A stretch of 64,000 nucleotides of DNA from Chiloscyllium plagiosum (taxonomy: Eukaryota): NCBI RefSeq assembly GCF_004010195.1, contig NC_057754.1, forward strand, positions 4,036,223 to 4,100,222, written 5' to 3'. Under the pieces are notes generated by a model. The model searched no databases, was not told where the DNA came from, and was given only the letters and a program-made list of their open reading frames with translations. This document shows positions 37,984 through 50,814 of the stretch, piece by piece. A program made the position numbers and the translations under genes. Every line of letters starts with the position of its first letter. Positions within the stretch are counted from its first letter, which is position 1.

Positions 37984-38289
37984 TCAACAGTTTTTCCATC
38001 AGGCATCCTGAATAGGGACAGCACATGGTGAGATACAGAGTGAAGTTCCTTCTACTTCTTCAAACTGAAAGTAAAGTTTTCTCTACTTTTTAAAACTGAA
38101 AGTAAGGCATGCTTGAAACTGTCACCAGGATAGGAACAGTACAGATGAAATACAGAGTACATCTGTCTCTACTGTTTTAAACTGAAAGTTGAGCTGTCTC
38201 TACTCTATTGAACTTAAAGTAAAGCTCCCGCCACAATGTCCCCATCAACCACTCCCAGGAAATGTACAGCAATGGGTTGGTACAGAGTA

Positions 38290-38483
38290 TTGAAAGTGTG
38301 GTGCTGGAAAAGCACAGCAGGTCAGGCAGCATCCGAGGAGCAGAAGAATTGAGCAGGAGAATGAATGGGTCTTGCTCAAAATGTTGACTCTCCGACTCCT
38401 CGGATGCTGCCTGCCCTCTGTGCTTTTCCAGTATCATACTCTCGAGTCTAATCTCCAGCATCTGCAGTCCTCACTTTCTCCTG
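38290..38483. mobile_element. Decayed family A palindromic element
   Basis: gctggaaaagcacagcaggtcaggcagcatcc / ggatgctgcctg...ttttccag; 3' end ctcactttctcct. Others at ~46915-47095 and ~57455-57578. Confidence 0.7.
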
Positions 38484-38514
38484 CTCCCTCTACTCATTTA
38501 AACTGAAAGTAAAG

Positions 38515-38855
38515 GGTAACACGGTGGCTCAGTGGTTAGCACTGCTGCCTCACAGTGCCAGGGAACCCGATTTGATTCCACCCTCGGGTGACTGTCTGTG
38601 TATAGTTTGCATGCTCTCCCCGTGTCTGTGTGGGTTTCCTCCGGGTGCTCTGGTTTCCTCCCATAGCCCAAAACCGTGCAGGTTAAGTGGATGGGCCACG
38701 CCAAAGTGCCTTCTAGTGTCCAAGAACGTGTAAGCTAGATGGGTTAGCTACGGGAAAAAGTCCATGCGGTGTTATGAGGATGGGATGTTGTTCAGATGGT
38801 CAGTGCAGACTCTATGGGCCAAATGGCTTCTTTCTGTGCTGTAGGGATATTGTGA
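38515..38855 (+). mobile_element. HE1-type SINE
   Basis: ggtggctcagtggttagcactgctgcctcacagtgccaggg head. Confidence 0.8.
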
Positions 38856-39122
38856 TTTTAAAGCTGTCTCTACACTGTCTCCAGCAAACACTCCTAGGAC
38901 AGGGACATCATCCAACTCCTGCTGCATCCTCATACCCTTTGTTCCCTTTAGCCGTTTGAACTATATCTAGCTCTTTGAAAAATAAACTGGTGTAAAAAAT
39001 TGTCTAGCAGGTCATTTGTGCCAGCATCAGAGGGAATTGTGCCCCAATTGAACGGTAACTCCAGGCCCACAATGTATGGAATGGAAAAAATGAGCTTTGA
39101 ATCTCATGCTTTGTGCCCACAG

Positions 39123-39311
39123 CTGCGGACTCTCCGTGCGTCAATCCTGGAGGAGTCGTTTCCCTCATCCGTCCGTCATGGCACACAGAGGGGAATTTCA
39201 CCAAAGAAACTTCTGGAATACGTGGTACCAGGGCTGAACGTCCAGTGTCTCCGGTTGGCATCCAGTTCTCCCAAAGTGCCGGAAATGCTGCTGAAGTTAG
39301 ACGAACAAGGG
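39123..39311 (+). CDS. SIPA1: SIPA1 coding exon 3
   Basis: cccacag|[14 protein letters not shown]...[11 protein letters not shown]...[15 protein letters not shown]; donor GGG|gtaggc; 189 nt, phase 0/0. Confidence 0.95.
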
Positions 39312-40599
39312 GTAGGCCTTGGGAGATTCCTTGCCGCAGCTCTGCGCCACTTGCTCCGCGCTCACCAGTGCAGGGTTGTAGACCAGTGCAGACTCCTTGG
39401 GGAGTCTGTCTTCGACCAGCTCCTGTAGGTGTGCCGCACCCAGCCGCTAAAAGCGATGAATTCTCTCATGCCACTACAATGCAGAAGATGTGCCCGCTAT
39501 ATAAGCGGTGAATTGCTGGGTAGTTTGCAGGAGGCCCGCAGTAATTGGACAATCACCAAAGCTCAGACCAGTTGAACCTGTCACCTCACTCAGCTGTCTG
39601 CTTCAGCTACCGAGTGGCTAAACGTGTGGAGCCATTTCCTGGCAAGCTCTTTGGCAACGCAGCCACAAAACTAGCAGACTGTCCTAAGTGCAGAGCGCCG
39701 GTGTGACCAGCCTATGTGCTGTCTGTCCGTAATGACACTCAAGTGTCACCAAGATGACAGAATAAAGAAAACATCATCAAAAATTGATGGGGCATGGTGG
39801 AAACAAAACTGTCGTTCATTATTAATATGATATTTCAATGGCTCAGTGTGTGAATGTGACTGGTGGCCATGCTACTGAGGCTTGTTGACAGAGAGCGCCT
39901 TGGAGTTTCATGTCCTGCATTTGCAGGGATTAGAGGGAGGGAAAATCTATCAGAGCTCAGTAACAGTATATGAGTGTGATTGTGCATGAGTTGAGAGTGA
40001 TACGATACATATAGATTGTGTGCCTTTGCCCATGCGTATATCTGTGATAGAGGGAGAATGTGAATCTACTCAAAAAAAAATTCAGCAAAATCATCAGTGC
40101 TCATTACCTGACAAATATCATAATTATGCTATCCTTCTCTTATTATGCTGTCCCTTTTTTTTTGCTCTCCCCCTTCTTCATTTCTTTGATTCCCTGTCTC
40201 CTATGCGCTTTCCTTCCCTCTCTATCTTTGATCCCTTCTTGCCTCATGTCTCATTCCTGTCACTCTGTCTATCCTTTGCAATAAGGAGAAGAGGCTGAAA
40301 CATCCAGCAATTCTGCCTGTTGAATTATTGGGTTGGAAAATGACTGATGAAGATTTTTAACATGCCATCTGATTCAAATCACTAACTGAAGTGTCCAATT
40401 AATTATTCAGAACAAGGATACCAACATGTCATAGCTTTAGAGAGACTCAAGTCTGGGTTTTACAGGTTCTGCTCAGAAATTAGGCTTCTTTCTTAAAACA
40501 AAACAATGGTCTATATTCCTCCTGTTTTCTGAAGGCACAGAATCTTACAGGGTGATGAATTCCACAGGCATCAATTTCCTTGTGGTTCAGGTTCCCTAG

Positions 40600-41005
40600 G
40601 CATTGAGTCTCATTGGGATATGGATTTCTCACACACTGCATTTTACTGGCAACTGTGTTTCTCTCACACGACTCAAATTGGAGTATGGGTTCCCACATAA
40701 ACACTGACTCTCATTGGACTACAGGTTCCACATACACACTGACTCTCACTGGGGTACAGGTCCCACAAACACACTGACTCTCACTGGGATACAGGTTTCC
40801 AGACATACACAGTGACTCTCAATGGGATATGGGGTCCAACAGACATACACTGGGGTATGGGCTCTCACACATGCACTGACTCTCATTGGGGTACAAACTT
40901 CCACACACACACTGATTCTCACAAGTGTGTAGGCTCCACAGGCACTGAATCTCAGTGGGGTATGGATACGACATACATTGGTTCTCATGGGCTACACTGA
41001 TTGTC
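40600..41005 (+). repeat. ~33-35-bp minisatellite (cacactgactctcattggggtacaggttccca)
   Basis: About 11 diverged copies. Confidence 0.85.
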
Positions 41006-41407
41006 ATCTAGCATTGTAGCCAGAAGAGAAATGATATAGCCCAGAGGGAGGATATTCAGCCCATCCTGCTCATGCTTGGAATTAGCAATCTAACTAGTGA
41101 GCACAGCACCAGGAAATGAGCAGGAGTTGACAGCAAATGTTTTATTTTTATCCCAACCTGTCTGACCAGGAATGGTAATCCTGGGGGCAAAGAACGGTTT
41201 TGCAAGTTTCCAAAAGGGAACCTGACTGTGACTTTGATCAGTTTGAATTTCTCTCTCAAGGTGATTATCCGTCTTTTTTCTGAGGTTGAGTAAATGTTTG
41301 CTTTGAAGAAATCCCGAGGCTATAAGATGTTCTTTATTTGGGATGCTGCTCCTGTGAAGTGAAATTTTATTGTACTAATGTACATCTCATGTTTCTTCAA
41401 CCCATAG

Positions 41408-41582
41408 TTATCCTTCCAGCGGAAAGTGGGGATCATGTACTGTAAAGCGGGACAGAGCACAGAGGAGGAGATGTACAACAACGAAACTGCTGGCCCGGCC
41501 TTTGACGAGTTCCTCGACCTCCTGGGCCAGAGGGTGAAACTGAAGGGCTTTGAGAAATATCGAGCTCAGCTGGATAACAAGA
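41408..41582 (+). CDS. SIPA1: SIPA1 coding exon 4 (start of RapGAP domain)
   Basis: cccatag|[61 protein letters not shown]; donor A|gtaagt. Not in the ORF track; translated by hand. Confidence 0.96.
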
Positions 41583-41844
41583 GTAAGTAGAGTGTGATGC
41601 CGACAGATCAATGAGTGAGGGAGGAGAAGAGGGAGTGGAGCGCAGCCCTTTAGTGAGGAACTGTGTTGGATGAGAGGATCTCTAATCTAGAGGCTGAGTT
41701 CAAATCTCACTTCTCTTTAAGATAACACATTCAGGAAGGTAATAATATTAAACAGCAAGAGACAATAACACAATGTCGAAGAAAAATAAAATCTGTGATA
41801 TTAGATAATAAGAGTTAAGCAAACTGTTTGAGTATGCAGATACA

Positions 41845-42235
41845 GCGTGAGGTTAGATATGGACTAAAGCTGCCTGTACTTTTTAAAACTGAAAGAAACG
41901 AAAAGTAAAGTTCGCTCAAAACCATCCCATTACTCATTCACGGGACAGCAACAGCATGGGGTTAAATACAGAGCAAAGTTCCTTCCACTCTTTGAACTAA
42001 AAGTGAACTGAAAGTAAAGTTTAGTTTGTGTTGTCCCCAAGAAACACACTCAGGGATCGGGACAGTACGGGATTAGATATAGAGTAAAGTTTTCTCTACT
42101 CTTTTAAATTGGAAGTAAAACTCCTTCCAGACTGTCCCCATCAAGCAGTCTCGGCACAGCACTGGGTCAGATACAGAGTAAAACTTCCTCTACACTGTCC
42201 CCATCAAGCACAGCCAGGACAGGGCTAGATAGAGT
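41845..42235 (-). repeat. ~68-bp minisatellite array
   Basis: Same unit, - orientation. Confidence 0.8.
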
Positions 42236-42499
42236 ATAAACTTACATCAGTGCAAGGGCAAATTGTTGAGTAGCTGCTCAGTCTTTACTTAATTCCTAAA
42301 TTTAATTCTGCTTAGTCAGTTTATGGGCTAATAATTAAATGCAGGTCATCCTCACGCCCGTGGATGGCACAGTTCTCGTATCCTGGACAACCACATGTGC
42401 AGGAAATGATGTCAGCTGTAGTAACTTGAACTGCAGATTTCAGAGCAGGCATCAAGAGCCAAGTCCACTGTACCATGCCTGACTTATAGATATATGGAT

Positions 42500-43660
42500 A
42501 GGAAGTGGGTAAGGAGGAACAGGAGAAAAGCTGAAAAAGCAATAGCGATAAGGGATTCAATTGATGCAGTAACAGACAAGCTGTTTTGCGCTTGGAAATA
42601 TGACCATAGTAGTTATGTTGCCTCCTTGGTGTTGCTGAATGCCTGAATGGGTAGGGTGAACAGTTAGCAGGCTGTGGTTAATATTAATGACATTGATAGT
42701 GAGGGGATGAGGTCCTGCAGGCACGTTCAGTCCTCCCACTGCAGGGAGAGCAACTGGAAAGCAGGGCCAATAAAATTGGGGTAGTCTCTGGATTACTCTT
42801 AATATCATGTGCTGGTGAGTACAGAAATCAGAGGATAGAGCAGATGAATGCATAGCTGGAGAGGTGGTACTGCAGTGATGGCTTTAGATTCCTTGACATT
42901 GGGACCGGCTCTTGAAGAGATGAAACCTATACAGACCAGATGGTTTGTACCTGAACAGAGCTGGGGCCAGTGCTCTTTTGGGGTAGTTTACTGGTGTCTG
43001 AAAGGGTTTAAACCAATTTGGCAGGAGATGGTAACTAGTAGATGACATTAGACAGAAAGAAAATACAGTGTGCAAGGAATTGGGGGAGATAGATGTCACC
43101 ACAGTAAGAAAGTAAAGTTTTAAGCATAGAGTAGGAGGGAATGCTCCAAGTGCAAAAGAAAGGAAGTTACAATGAAACTTTATAAATTACTGCTTCCACT
43201 TCAATTGGAATAGTTTATCCAATACTGAGCACCACACTTCAGAAGGCTGTACAGAGTCTGCAGAAAAGATTTATAAGAATGCTACCAAGGTTGAAGAACT
43301 TTGTTTATGAGGGTAGATGTAAAAATCTGGGAGTTTGTTCTCCCTAAAGAAGAGAAGATTGGGAGGAAACCATGAGTGATCTGTCTGCAGAGGATGGGGA
43401 GAAACTGTTAATGTTGTCTGAGGGTTGAGAACAAGAAGATACCAATTTAAAATGCATGGCTAATGAAGCAAAACGGACATGAAGAAGATCCTTTCTTAAT
43501 CAGCAGTTTATAGCAAAGGTGATGGAAGCAGACTCACCCATGGCTTTCAAAAGGGAATTGGAAAATTACTGGAGAGAAAAACATTGTGGGGTGACAGAGT
43601 AAAAGGGGAGTGGAACAAAGTGCCTGTTTTCTGCAGGGAAACTGACATGGGTCAAATAGC
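42500..43660 (+). mobile_element. Highly decayed CR1 LINE fragments
   Basis: Degenerate ORF1-like and ORF2 3'-like sequence; similar relics at ~51350-52130, ~56760-57450 and ~61580-62110. Confidence 0.5.
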
Positions 43661-43953
43661 CTTTGAACTAAGTTATTTGCTGGACCATTTCAGAGGATGC
43701 TTAAAAATCTGGATTCACACATCGGCCAGACTGGGTACGGATGGCAGAAATCCTTACCTAAAGGACGTTTGTGAACCTGATGGATTTTTACAACAATCGA
43801 TGATGTTATCACGATCACCAATGCCTGAGGGTTGCCAGCTTCTGTAGAAGCTAGTGCATTCCAGGAGGCGGACACAGTACAGTGAAAAGAGAAGAGGAGT
43901 GGAGTAGGAGCAGACTGGACTGAGGGTCTAAAACCTTCCCCCTTCTCTTGCAG

Positions 43954-44057
43954 CGGACTCCACAGGTACTCATTCGCTCTACACCACGTATCAGGAGTAT
44001 GAGATTATGTTCCACGTGTCAACTATGCTTCCCTATACTGCCAACAATAGCCAACAG
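43954..44057 (+). CDS. SIPA1: SIPA1 coding exon 5 (RapGAP)
   Basis: ccttctcttgcag|CG; (T)[34 protein letters not shown]; donor CAG|gtaagt. Confidence 0.96.
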
Positions 44058-44289
44058 GTAAGTACCACTTTTATTTTGACCCATAATCCTCTCTTTCGCA
44101 GAGTCCACATGCCACTGCTTTCAGTAGTCCTAAATAGCTTGGTTTTGTTACCGAACCCATTGGGATAAAAGGTGATAACTTGCTCACATTTGGACCATCA
44201 CACAACTCCTGCATAGTCAAGACCTGATGACTGAGGATTAGACCACCCTCCCATTCTCACTCAATCCAACATCAGCAGCAAATTCTCCT

Positions 44290-44680
44290 AGAGCAACTAC
44301 AACACTGGGTTAGAGATAAAGTTGCCTCTACTCTTTTAAAGAGAAAGTAAAGCTCCCTCATCACTGTCTCTATGAAGGACTCCCAGGACAGGCACAGCAC
44401 AGGGTTTGAGCCAGTGTAAAGCACTTCTACTCATTTGCATTGAAAGTAAAGCTCACGCTACACTGTCCCCATCAAACTCCCAGGGCAAGGACAGCATGGC
44501 GTTAGATGCAGAGTAAAGCATCCTCTACACTGTCCCTCATCAAACACATTCAGGATAGAGTAAAGCTTCTACTCTTTTTAAACTGAATGTAAAAAAAACC
44601 CTCTGCACTGTTCCCATCAAACACTCCCAAGACAGGGACAGCATAGGGTTAGATACAGAGTAAAGCTCCCTGTAACACTG
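44290..44680 (-). repeat. ~68-bp minisatellite array
   Basis: Same unit, - orientation, in the intron between coding exons 5 and 6. Confidence 0.8.
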
Positions 44681-44860
44681 CATCAGCAGATTCCAATACT
44701 ATGAGCTCACTAATTGATAGGGGAAGAAAACTTCCAAAGTATGATATAATAAGGCCTGACAGTTGAGCTTTTGTGAGAAAGCTATGTCCCGTTCAAGTAT
44801 ATTGCTTCAGAGTGTGTAACCATTTGCTTTTCTGTACCTGCCTTTATTTTGTGATTCTAG

Positions 44861-45018
44861 CTTCTAAGAAAGCGTCACATTGGCAACGATATAGTCACCA
44901 TCGTCTTCCAGGAGCCCAGAGCTGGCCCGTTCACACCAAAAACAATCCGATCGCACTTCCAACATGTCTTCCTAGTAGTACAAGTTCACAATCCCTGCAC
45001 CGAGGAGGTGTCATACAG
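44861..45018 (+). CDS. SIPA1: SIPA1 coding exon 6 (RapGAP catalytic Asn-thumb motif KRHIGND)
   Basis: attctag|[55 protein letters not shown]; donor AG|gtatgt, phase 2. Confidence 0.96.
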
Positions 45019-45301
45019 GTATGTAGGTACAGGTTTCCTACAGATATATTGGTACCCCAATCTTACAGGTTCGTAGGTACACGCTTCCTGTGGGTACCTG
45101 AGCACAGGTTTCCTGTGGGTAATTTAACCGTAGGCCTCCTGCAGGTACCTGAAGCCCAATCCTCTAGTCTGCTGTTGAGAACATATGAACAATACCAGAC
45201 AAATGGCTTTCCGGTCTAGCTAGCCCACGCTATTATATACTTGTGCACACCAGTATATAATTTCCACTCAAAATCATAGATTCAAATTGTGTGCTGGGAT
45301 C

Positions 45302-45542
45302 TGTAGAGATTGTAACAAGGTCAGCCTGATTAACCACATAGAATATGAGTTCCCAGATTGGGACTGTTAACCTGGTCCAATCGGGGAGCCCTGGCTGACA
45401 TATTAAAAAACAAAGGTGAGTGGCAGAGATATTGACACTCTGGTACCTGACTCCGAATGACACAGTACAAAAGTCAAGGACTGTTCGTGTATAAATAAAG
45501 CATGACTTGGTCACTGATACCAGCCTGCATGGAGTTATTTCA
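45302..45542 (+). mobile_element. Solo LTR related to the Gypsy LTRs
   Basis: TG...CA ends; 5-bp TSD ggatc at 45297-45301 and 45543-45547; shares ttaacctggtccaatc.gggagccctggctgaca and aaataaag...ggagttatttca. Confidence 0.85.
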
Positions 45543-45769
45543 GGATCTGTAACATGAAAGGACAGATAGGGTCTTAGAATAATATCTCATCCAAAAGGTG
45601 GCACCGCTGAAAAAGTGGATTGGAAGTGTCTTGAATCCACCATCAGTGTGGTGCTCCGCACTGCATCCATATGACAGGTTCTACTATAGAGAAAGGCAAA
45701 GGGCAACTCAGAAACAAAGGTAGAATGAGAACTGAGGTATACGTATTTATCCATATTCATGCTGACTGT

Positions 45770-46010
45770 TGGAGACTAGTACTGAGGGAGCAGCGCACTC
45801 TTGGAGATGTTATCTTTTAGGTGAGATGTCAAACCAAAGCTTCTATCTCTCCCTTCAAGAGGGCATCAAAGATCCCACAGTCACTATTTCATCAATAGTA
45901 GCGGGCAGTTCTGGGCCAAACGTATCCTTCAACCAACAGATGGTGTAGTCATTGATCATGTTACTGTTTGTGGAATCATGCTGAGTATGAACTAGCTGTT
46001 GTGTTAAGTA
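45770..46010 (+). mobile_element. DeuSINE-like relic
   Basis: tactgagggag...gtgagatgtcaaacc...aaagatcccac...ctgtttgtgg. Confidence 0.55.
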
Positions 46011-46121
46011 AATAAAAAGTGTTACGTAAATAAAATGTGTTACTAAAACCAAAAAAGAGTTAGTGATGTCCAGAGGTTGTAAAATCTGTGGAAAATACAC
46101 ATTCCTACTTTTTCTTTCCAG

Positions 46122-46704
46122 TGTTGCGGTCACCCGATCAAAGGATATTCCTGAGTTTGGGCCCTTTTTCCAGAAGGGGGTGACTTTCCCTAAATCGGCC
46201 AACTTCCGGGATTTTTTGCTTGCCAAAGTGGTCAATGCTGAGAATGCAGCAGAGAAGTCAGAAAAGTTCCATGCCATGGCTACCAGAACACGGCAGGAGT
46301 ATCTCAAGGACCTAGCGGATAACTATGTTACCACAGCTACTCTGGACTCCTCCTCGTCCAAACTGGCAGCCATCATCTCGCTGCCTACCAAGAAGAAGGA
46401 GAAGCTGAAGTTAAACCGAGCCCCCGAGATGCATAGTGCCGGTGCTCTAGTCTGGAGTGTTACTGCTCGCCTGGCGCATGCCCCTGAGGAAGCTGAGTGC
46501 ATTCTGGGAATCTCCAATGAGTTTGTCGTGCTGCTTGATCTAAAGTTGCGAATGGTTGTGTGGAATTGCTCCTGCCGGGATGTGATTGGTTGGACCTTGT
46601 CTCCGGGGACCATTATAATTTATTATGAGCGAGGAGAATTCGCAGTGGTTAAGACTTTGGAAAGTCAGCCAGATGACATCACTGAAATTATTCAGCGGCT
46701 GGAG
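46122..46704 (+). CDS. SIPA1: SIPA1 coding exon 7 (end of RapGAP and linker)
   Basis: tttctttccag|T; (S)VAVTRSKDIPEFGP...FRDFLLAKVVNAENAAEKSEKFHAMATRTRQEYLKDL...CSCRDVIGWT...EIIQRLE; donor GAG|gtaagt. Confidence 0.96.
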
Positions 46705-47094
46705 GTAAGTGTGGGAAGAGATCGCGAGACGTGCACCACCACCGTTACTGCCAGTCTGCTGCCTAAAACATGAGTTGGAGTCTCAAGTCTGTGCCAAAAT
46801 GCTAGAGACTCATTGTATTTCCTCATACCACATCCAACCTAATAAAATACAGCGATCAATAAATCAAACAATCCAAACCAACCCATCCAGCCAGCTAACT
46901 GGGTCAAACCCAACAGAGTTGATAAAGTGTGGCGCTGGAAAAGGCACAGCAGGTCAAGCAGGACCAAGACAGTCTTCATTTCAGGCAGGACCCCCGATAC
47001 ATTAACTCTCTTGCTCCTTGGATGCTGCCTGACCTACTGTGCTTTTTCCAGCTCCATGCTTCATCAACTCTGATTTCGCCTGCATCTGCAGTCA

Positions 47095-47410
47095 TCTAGG
47101 CCAAACCCAGCAACCTAACCAACCCCAAACAACACACTGCATCTCATCAATTAACCAAGCAACTAGCTAACTCCAAGCCAGCCATTCTGGTGCAACACAA
47201 CAACTGACCCAACTTAAACCCAACAACTTAACTAACCTAAACAATAGAATGCAACTCACCCACCCTATCAAGCAAACAATTGACCAATCTACTCAGTTAA
47301 GTCCAGTCACCTACCCAATTCAACTCGTCCCACTGATTAATCAAGTGACCCAACTCTAATCAATGCCCAAACACCCTCTCAACCCAATCAATCCATGCCC
47401 ATTGCACATC
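47095..47410. repeat. AC-rich low-complexity tract (caacc-like)
   Basis: Composition. Confidence 0.6.
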
Positions 47411-50400
47411 CCACGAATCCAAGCTCCTCCTCACTGATAACTCCATACCCAATGATGCACTTATCACAATGTCAAGAGATGTCATGTGACAGTTGCTTGG
47501 AATCTGTCAACTTCATTTCTCCTGCGCAAAGATGAAAAATGATGACCCTTGCTCTCCCCATGCCAGAAGTACCAGCAGCAACCGAGAAGTGGTTGGATTA
47601 GTGTTCATGAGGCAGTTTTCGTGTCAGTGACTTGAGCAGATGACCAGGCAATTTCAGTTGTTTTCAACCAGGGAGTGAGTCATAATTGGCATGCCAGATA
47701 GCCAAAGACTAGATCTTTGAGGCAAAATGTCGATCACTTAGACAAATAGTATGAGTGTTAAGCATGGTTTTTACTACAATCATTATCACAAATGGGTTCA
47801 GGTTATGTTGGTGCTTCATGCAGCAGGCGGCAAGGGGGCACGAGTCTGTCAAAATACACAAATCTGATACCTCCAGTCAAAACAAGATCTGGCCAAGGTT
47901 GTCTCCCTTTGGCACTTTGGTTGGAACCTTCACATTGACAGTTCAGGGATAAAAAAAACCTACTGGTGCAAAATTTGCAGGCACTCCATTCTGAATGGAT
48001 AATCCAACAGTTTTACTTGTCGATATGTTGTTATGTGTGTATTGTCTTGTGTTTCATTCTACAGCCACTAAAACTTGGAAAGTATCATTTACTTAGGTCG
48101 TTTGGTCCATTGCCTGGTCCATTACTGAGTCACGGGAGCAGAGAACATCATCCCTGGTCTGTACTGAGGCTGGAATAACAAATGAAATGTCCTTAGCTAT
48201 TCTGTGTGAAATTGGGTTGGAGAATCTGTTGGGTCTCCTGGTCCTTAGCGCCATCCAGCACTCACTTGCTTTGAGGGTACCAGGTGTGGATGGGCTCAGA
48301 ATGGTCAGCAGCTTGGTGATGCTTGAGGAGACAACAATTGTGGATCTCTTAAACCCACAGGGGTGAAATAATGTGGGGCTAGGGAAGTGAAGTGAAGCCA
48401 GTACCATTGGCTTCTGTCCTTTTTCGGTTAATAATCCAATAGTGCTGTGAGAGCTGTCTTCCATTACTTCCTGTGCCATACAGGAAGGTCGGCAATACTT
48501 TCAATATATTACAAAAATCATTGTAATAACATTTGTGTAAGGTTAGTGGAATTTAGACATGAAGTCCATATGAATACAAACTGAAATAATGTATAGATTA
48601 TATGATACCAGCCCTTCCTGTCTGTAAAGAAGGGAAGCAGAATTTCATATAAGAAGGGAAACAGGAGGTTATGTAAGAGGGAAAGAAATGTTTTTTTTTT
48701 AATTCTCGATCTCAAAGCGGAACCAGAAATCTACTGATGTGAATAGCTATCCTAAGTTTTTAAAAAAATGTTCTTAAAGGGGCAGTGCCTTTAAGAGGCT
48801 GTGTTATGGATTTAGTTAGGCTTATTGTACGTTGGTTATGTATCTAGAGATGAAGTGGAGTTTTCCATTTAATGTGACAGTCACAAGGTTATGAGGAATA
48901 TTTTTCTGCCTTTTTACCCTTAGACAACTATGCAATCCTGGCATTGCTCACATTTGCAGTATCAGCATTTTTTAACTTGTCCTGTCACTTTTAAAACATC
49001 TCCTCAGACAGTTCCTCTGGGAAATCTTGTTAACTGTAGTTGTAACAAATTTGGGGTCAGTTTCACCTATTGGCATTAAATTGCTGTCTTTTCTTCCAAG
49101 AACAAAATAAAGGTTATTTTTGCAACTGTCACAAAGTGTGACATCTCTGAATGTGACAGAAGTGCACTTGGCACAGACCAGATGAGTTAAATTCTGCTAA
49201 TGAAATATAAAATAATTCAGAAATATATATATTTTTAAAATATGTAAGTCACAAAGCACCATTTCTGTTTGACAGTACTGGAACTGTATTGGACCATTAA
49301 TTGTTGGAGAGTAGAACACTATGTAGTATGCGGAAAGCTTTAAGGAGGAGTTTACAGATATTCTGGCTTTGGTGTCCAAATCAAATATTTGCCAATGTTT
49401 CTTCATTCTTTCATAGCAATCAATAGTGATTGTAAAAACTGACATGTTTGTGAGAACTGAATCCTGGTGGCCTGAGGTTGTGTGAGGATTTCATAATAGC
49501 TTGAGTATTAATATCCTTCCCTAATATCCTTTAGGGAAGGAAACTGCCATCCTTATCTGGTCTACATGTGACTCCAGACCCATGCAACATGGTTGGCTCT
49601 TAACTGCCCTCTGGGCAATTAGAGACAAGCAATAAATGCTGGGCCTGGTCAGCGACGTCCTCATCCCGTGAATGAGTGTAAAAAAGTCAGTGTTCAATTT
49701 TCCTTTCGAACACACATGATAGTGAACGGTTGGAAAAGAGATTTCAAAATCTGACTCACTCACACTACAAGCTGGCCAGCCTGGAAAACCTTGACACACA
49801 ACTGTTGAACAATAAGGGTTTGTGTTTCTGCAGTACCTTGAATGAAGTAAAAAATCCAGGGGAGATTCACAAAGAAGGAGAGGACATGAGAGGGTCTGGG
49901 AAGAATTTCCAGAATTTGGGGTCACCAATTAAGACTGGGGTTCTTTAAAATTGATAAAGTGCAAGATATTTTGAAAGGTTGGGGGAGGTTATGAATATCA
50001 GGAGGGAGCCAAAACCATAGAGGGATTTAAAGACAACAATGAAAATTTAAAATGGCATTGCTGAACTGTGCTTTTAAAATTGCAGTCCACCATAAGCTTA
50101 GGACTCCTCAAAGATATGACATCCAACTATGTACCGTTTGAAGTTTAGTTGTGTAATTACTGTTGCAATGTAGGAAATGTAACAACCAAACTTCCTTTGT
50201 CACATTTTATTCAAAAGACAGCATTTTTGTTCGTACACTAGTCCCTTAGTGCTGTCTCTCCATATTCCTTTTCTCTCTCCATTTTTGTTTGGCTTCTTTA
50301 TTTTCTCCTTCTCCATCCTCATTGTATCCCTCCATAACTCATTCTCTCTCTCTCTCTCTCTATTTTCATCCACTCTCTTTCTCTTCCCTTCTCAGTCCTG

Positions 50401-50814
50401 TCTTCTCCATACTTGTTTTCACTTTATCTACATTCCCTCTTTCTTCATGTCCTCTCTATCCTCCTTCCCTCCATTCTAATTCTCTTTCTTTCTATGCTCA
50501 TTCATCTTCACCGTGCTTCTTTTCTCTTTTTCATTTCTCTTGCTGTCTATCTCTCTGTCTCTTAATCCTCAATCTTTCCATTTCTTTCTGACCCTTCTTG
50601 TCTTCTCTTTCCATTCCCAGCCCCTTTTACTTTGTGACTTACTTATTTTAAATCCCTTGCCTTGAAACACAGGATTCCATCTATGTTTTTATGGTTCTTA
50701 ATCATTTGTGGTGCTGCTTCTAATATATTGAGAAATGGAAATTTAACTACGTTATAAACTTACTACTTTTTGTCAATTCGTCCACCTTACTGACTTTATT
50801 TTTGAGCTTATTTT

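Larger units (their letters stand above)
36355..38290 (-). repeat. ~68-bp minisatellite array interrupted by Penelope-type and CR1 insertions
   Basis: Unit copies visible at 36355-36865, 37083-37343 and 37985-38290. Confidence 0.8.

Noticed and set aside
38515..38590. tRNA gene
   Set aside because: A/B-box head continues into a SINE body present in four copies in the window.
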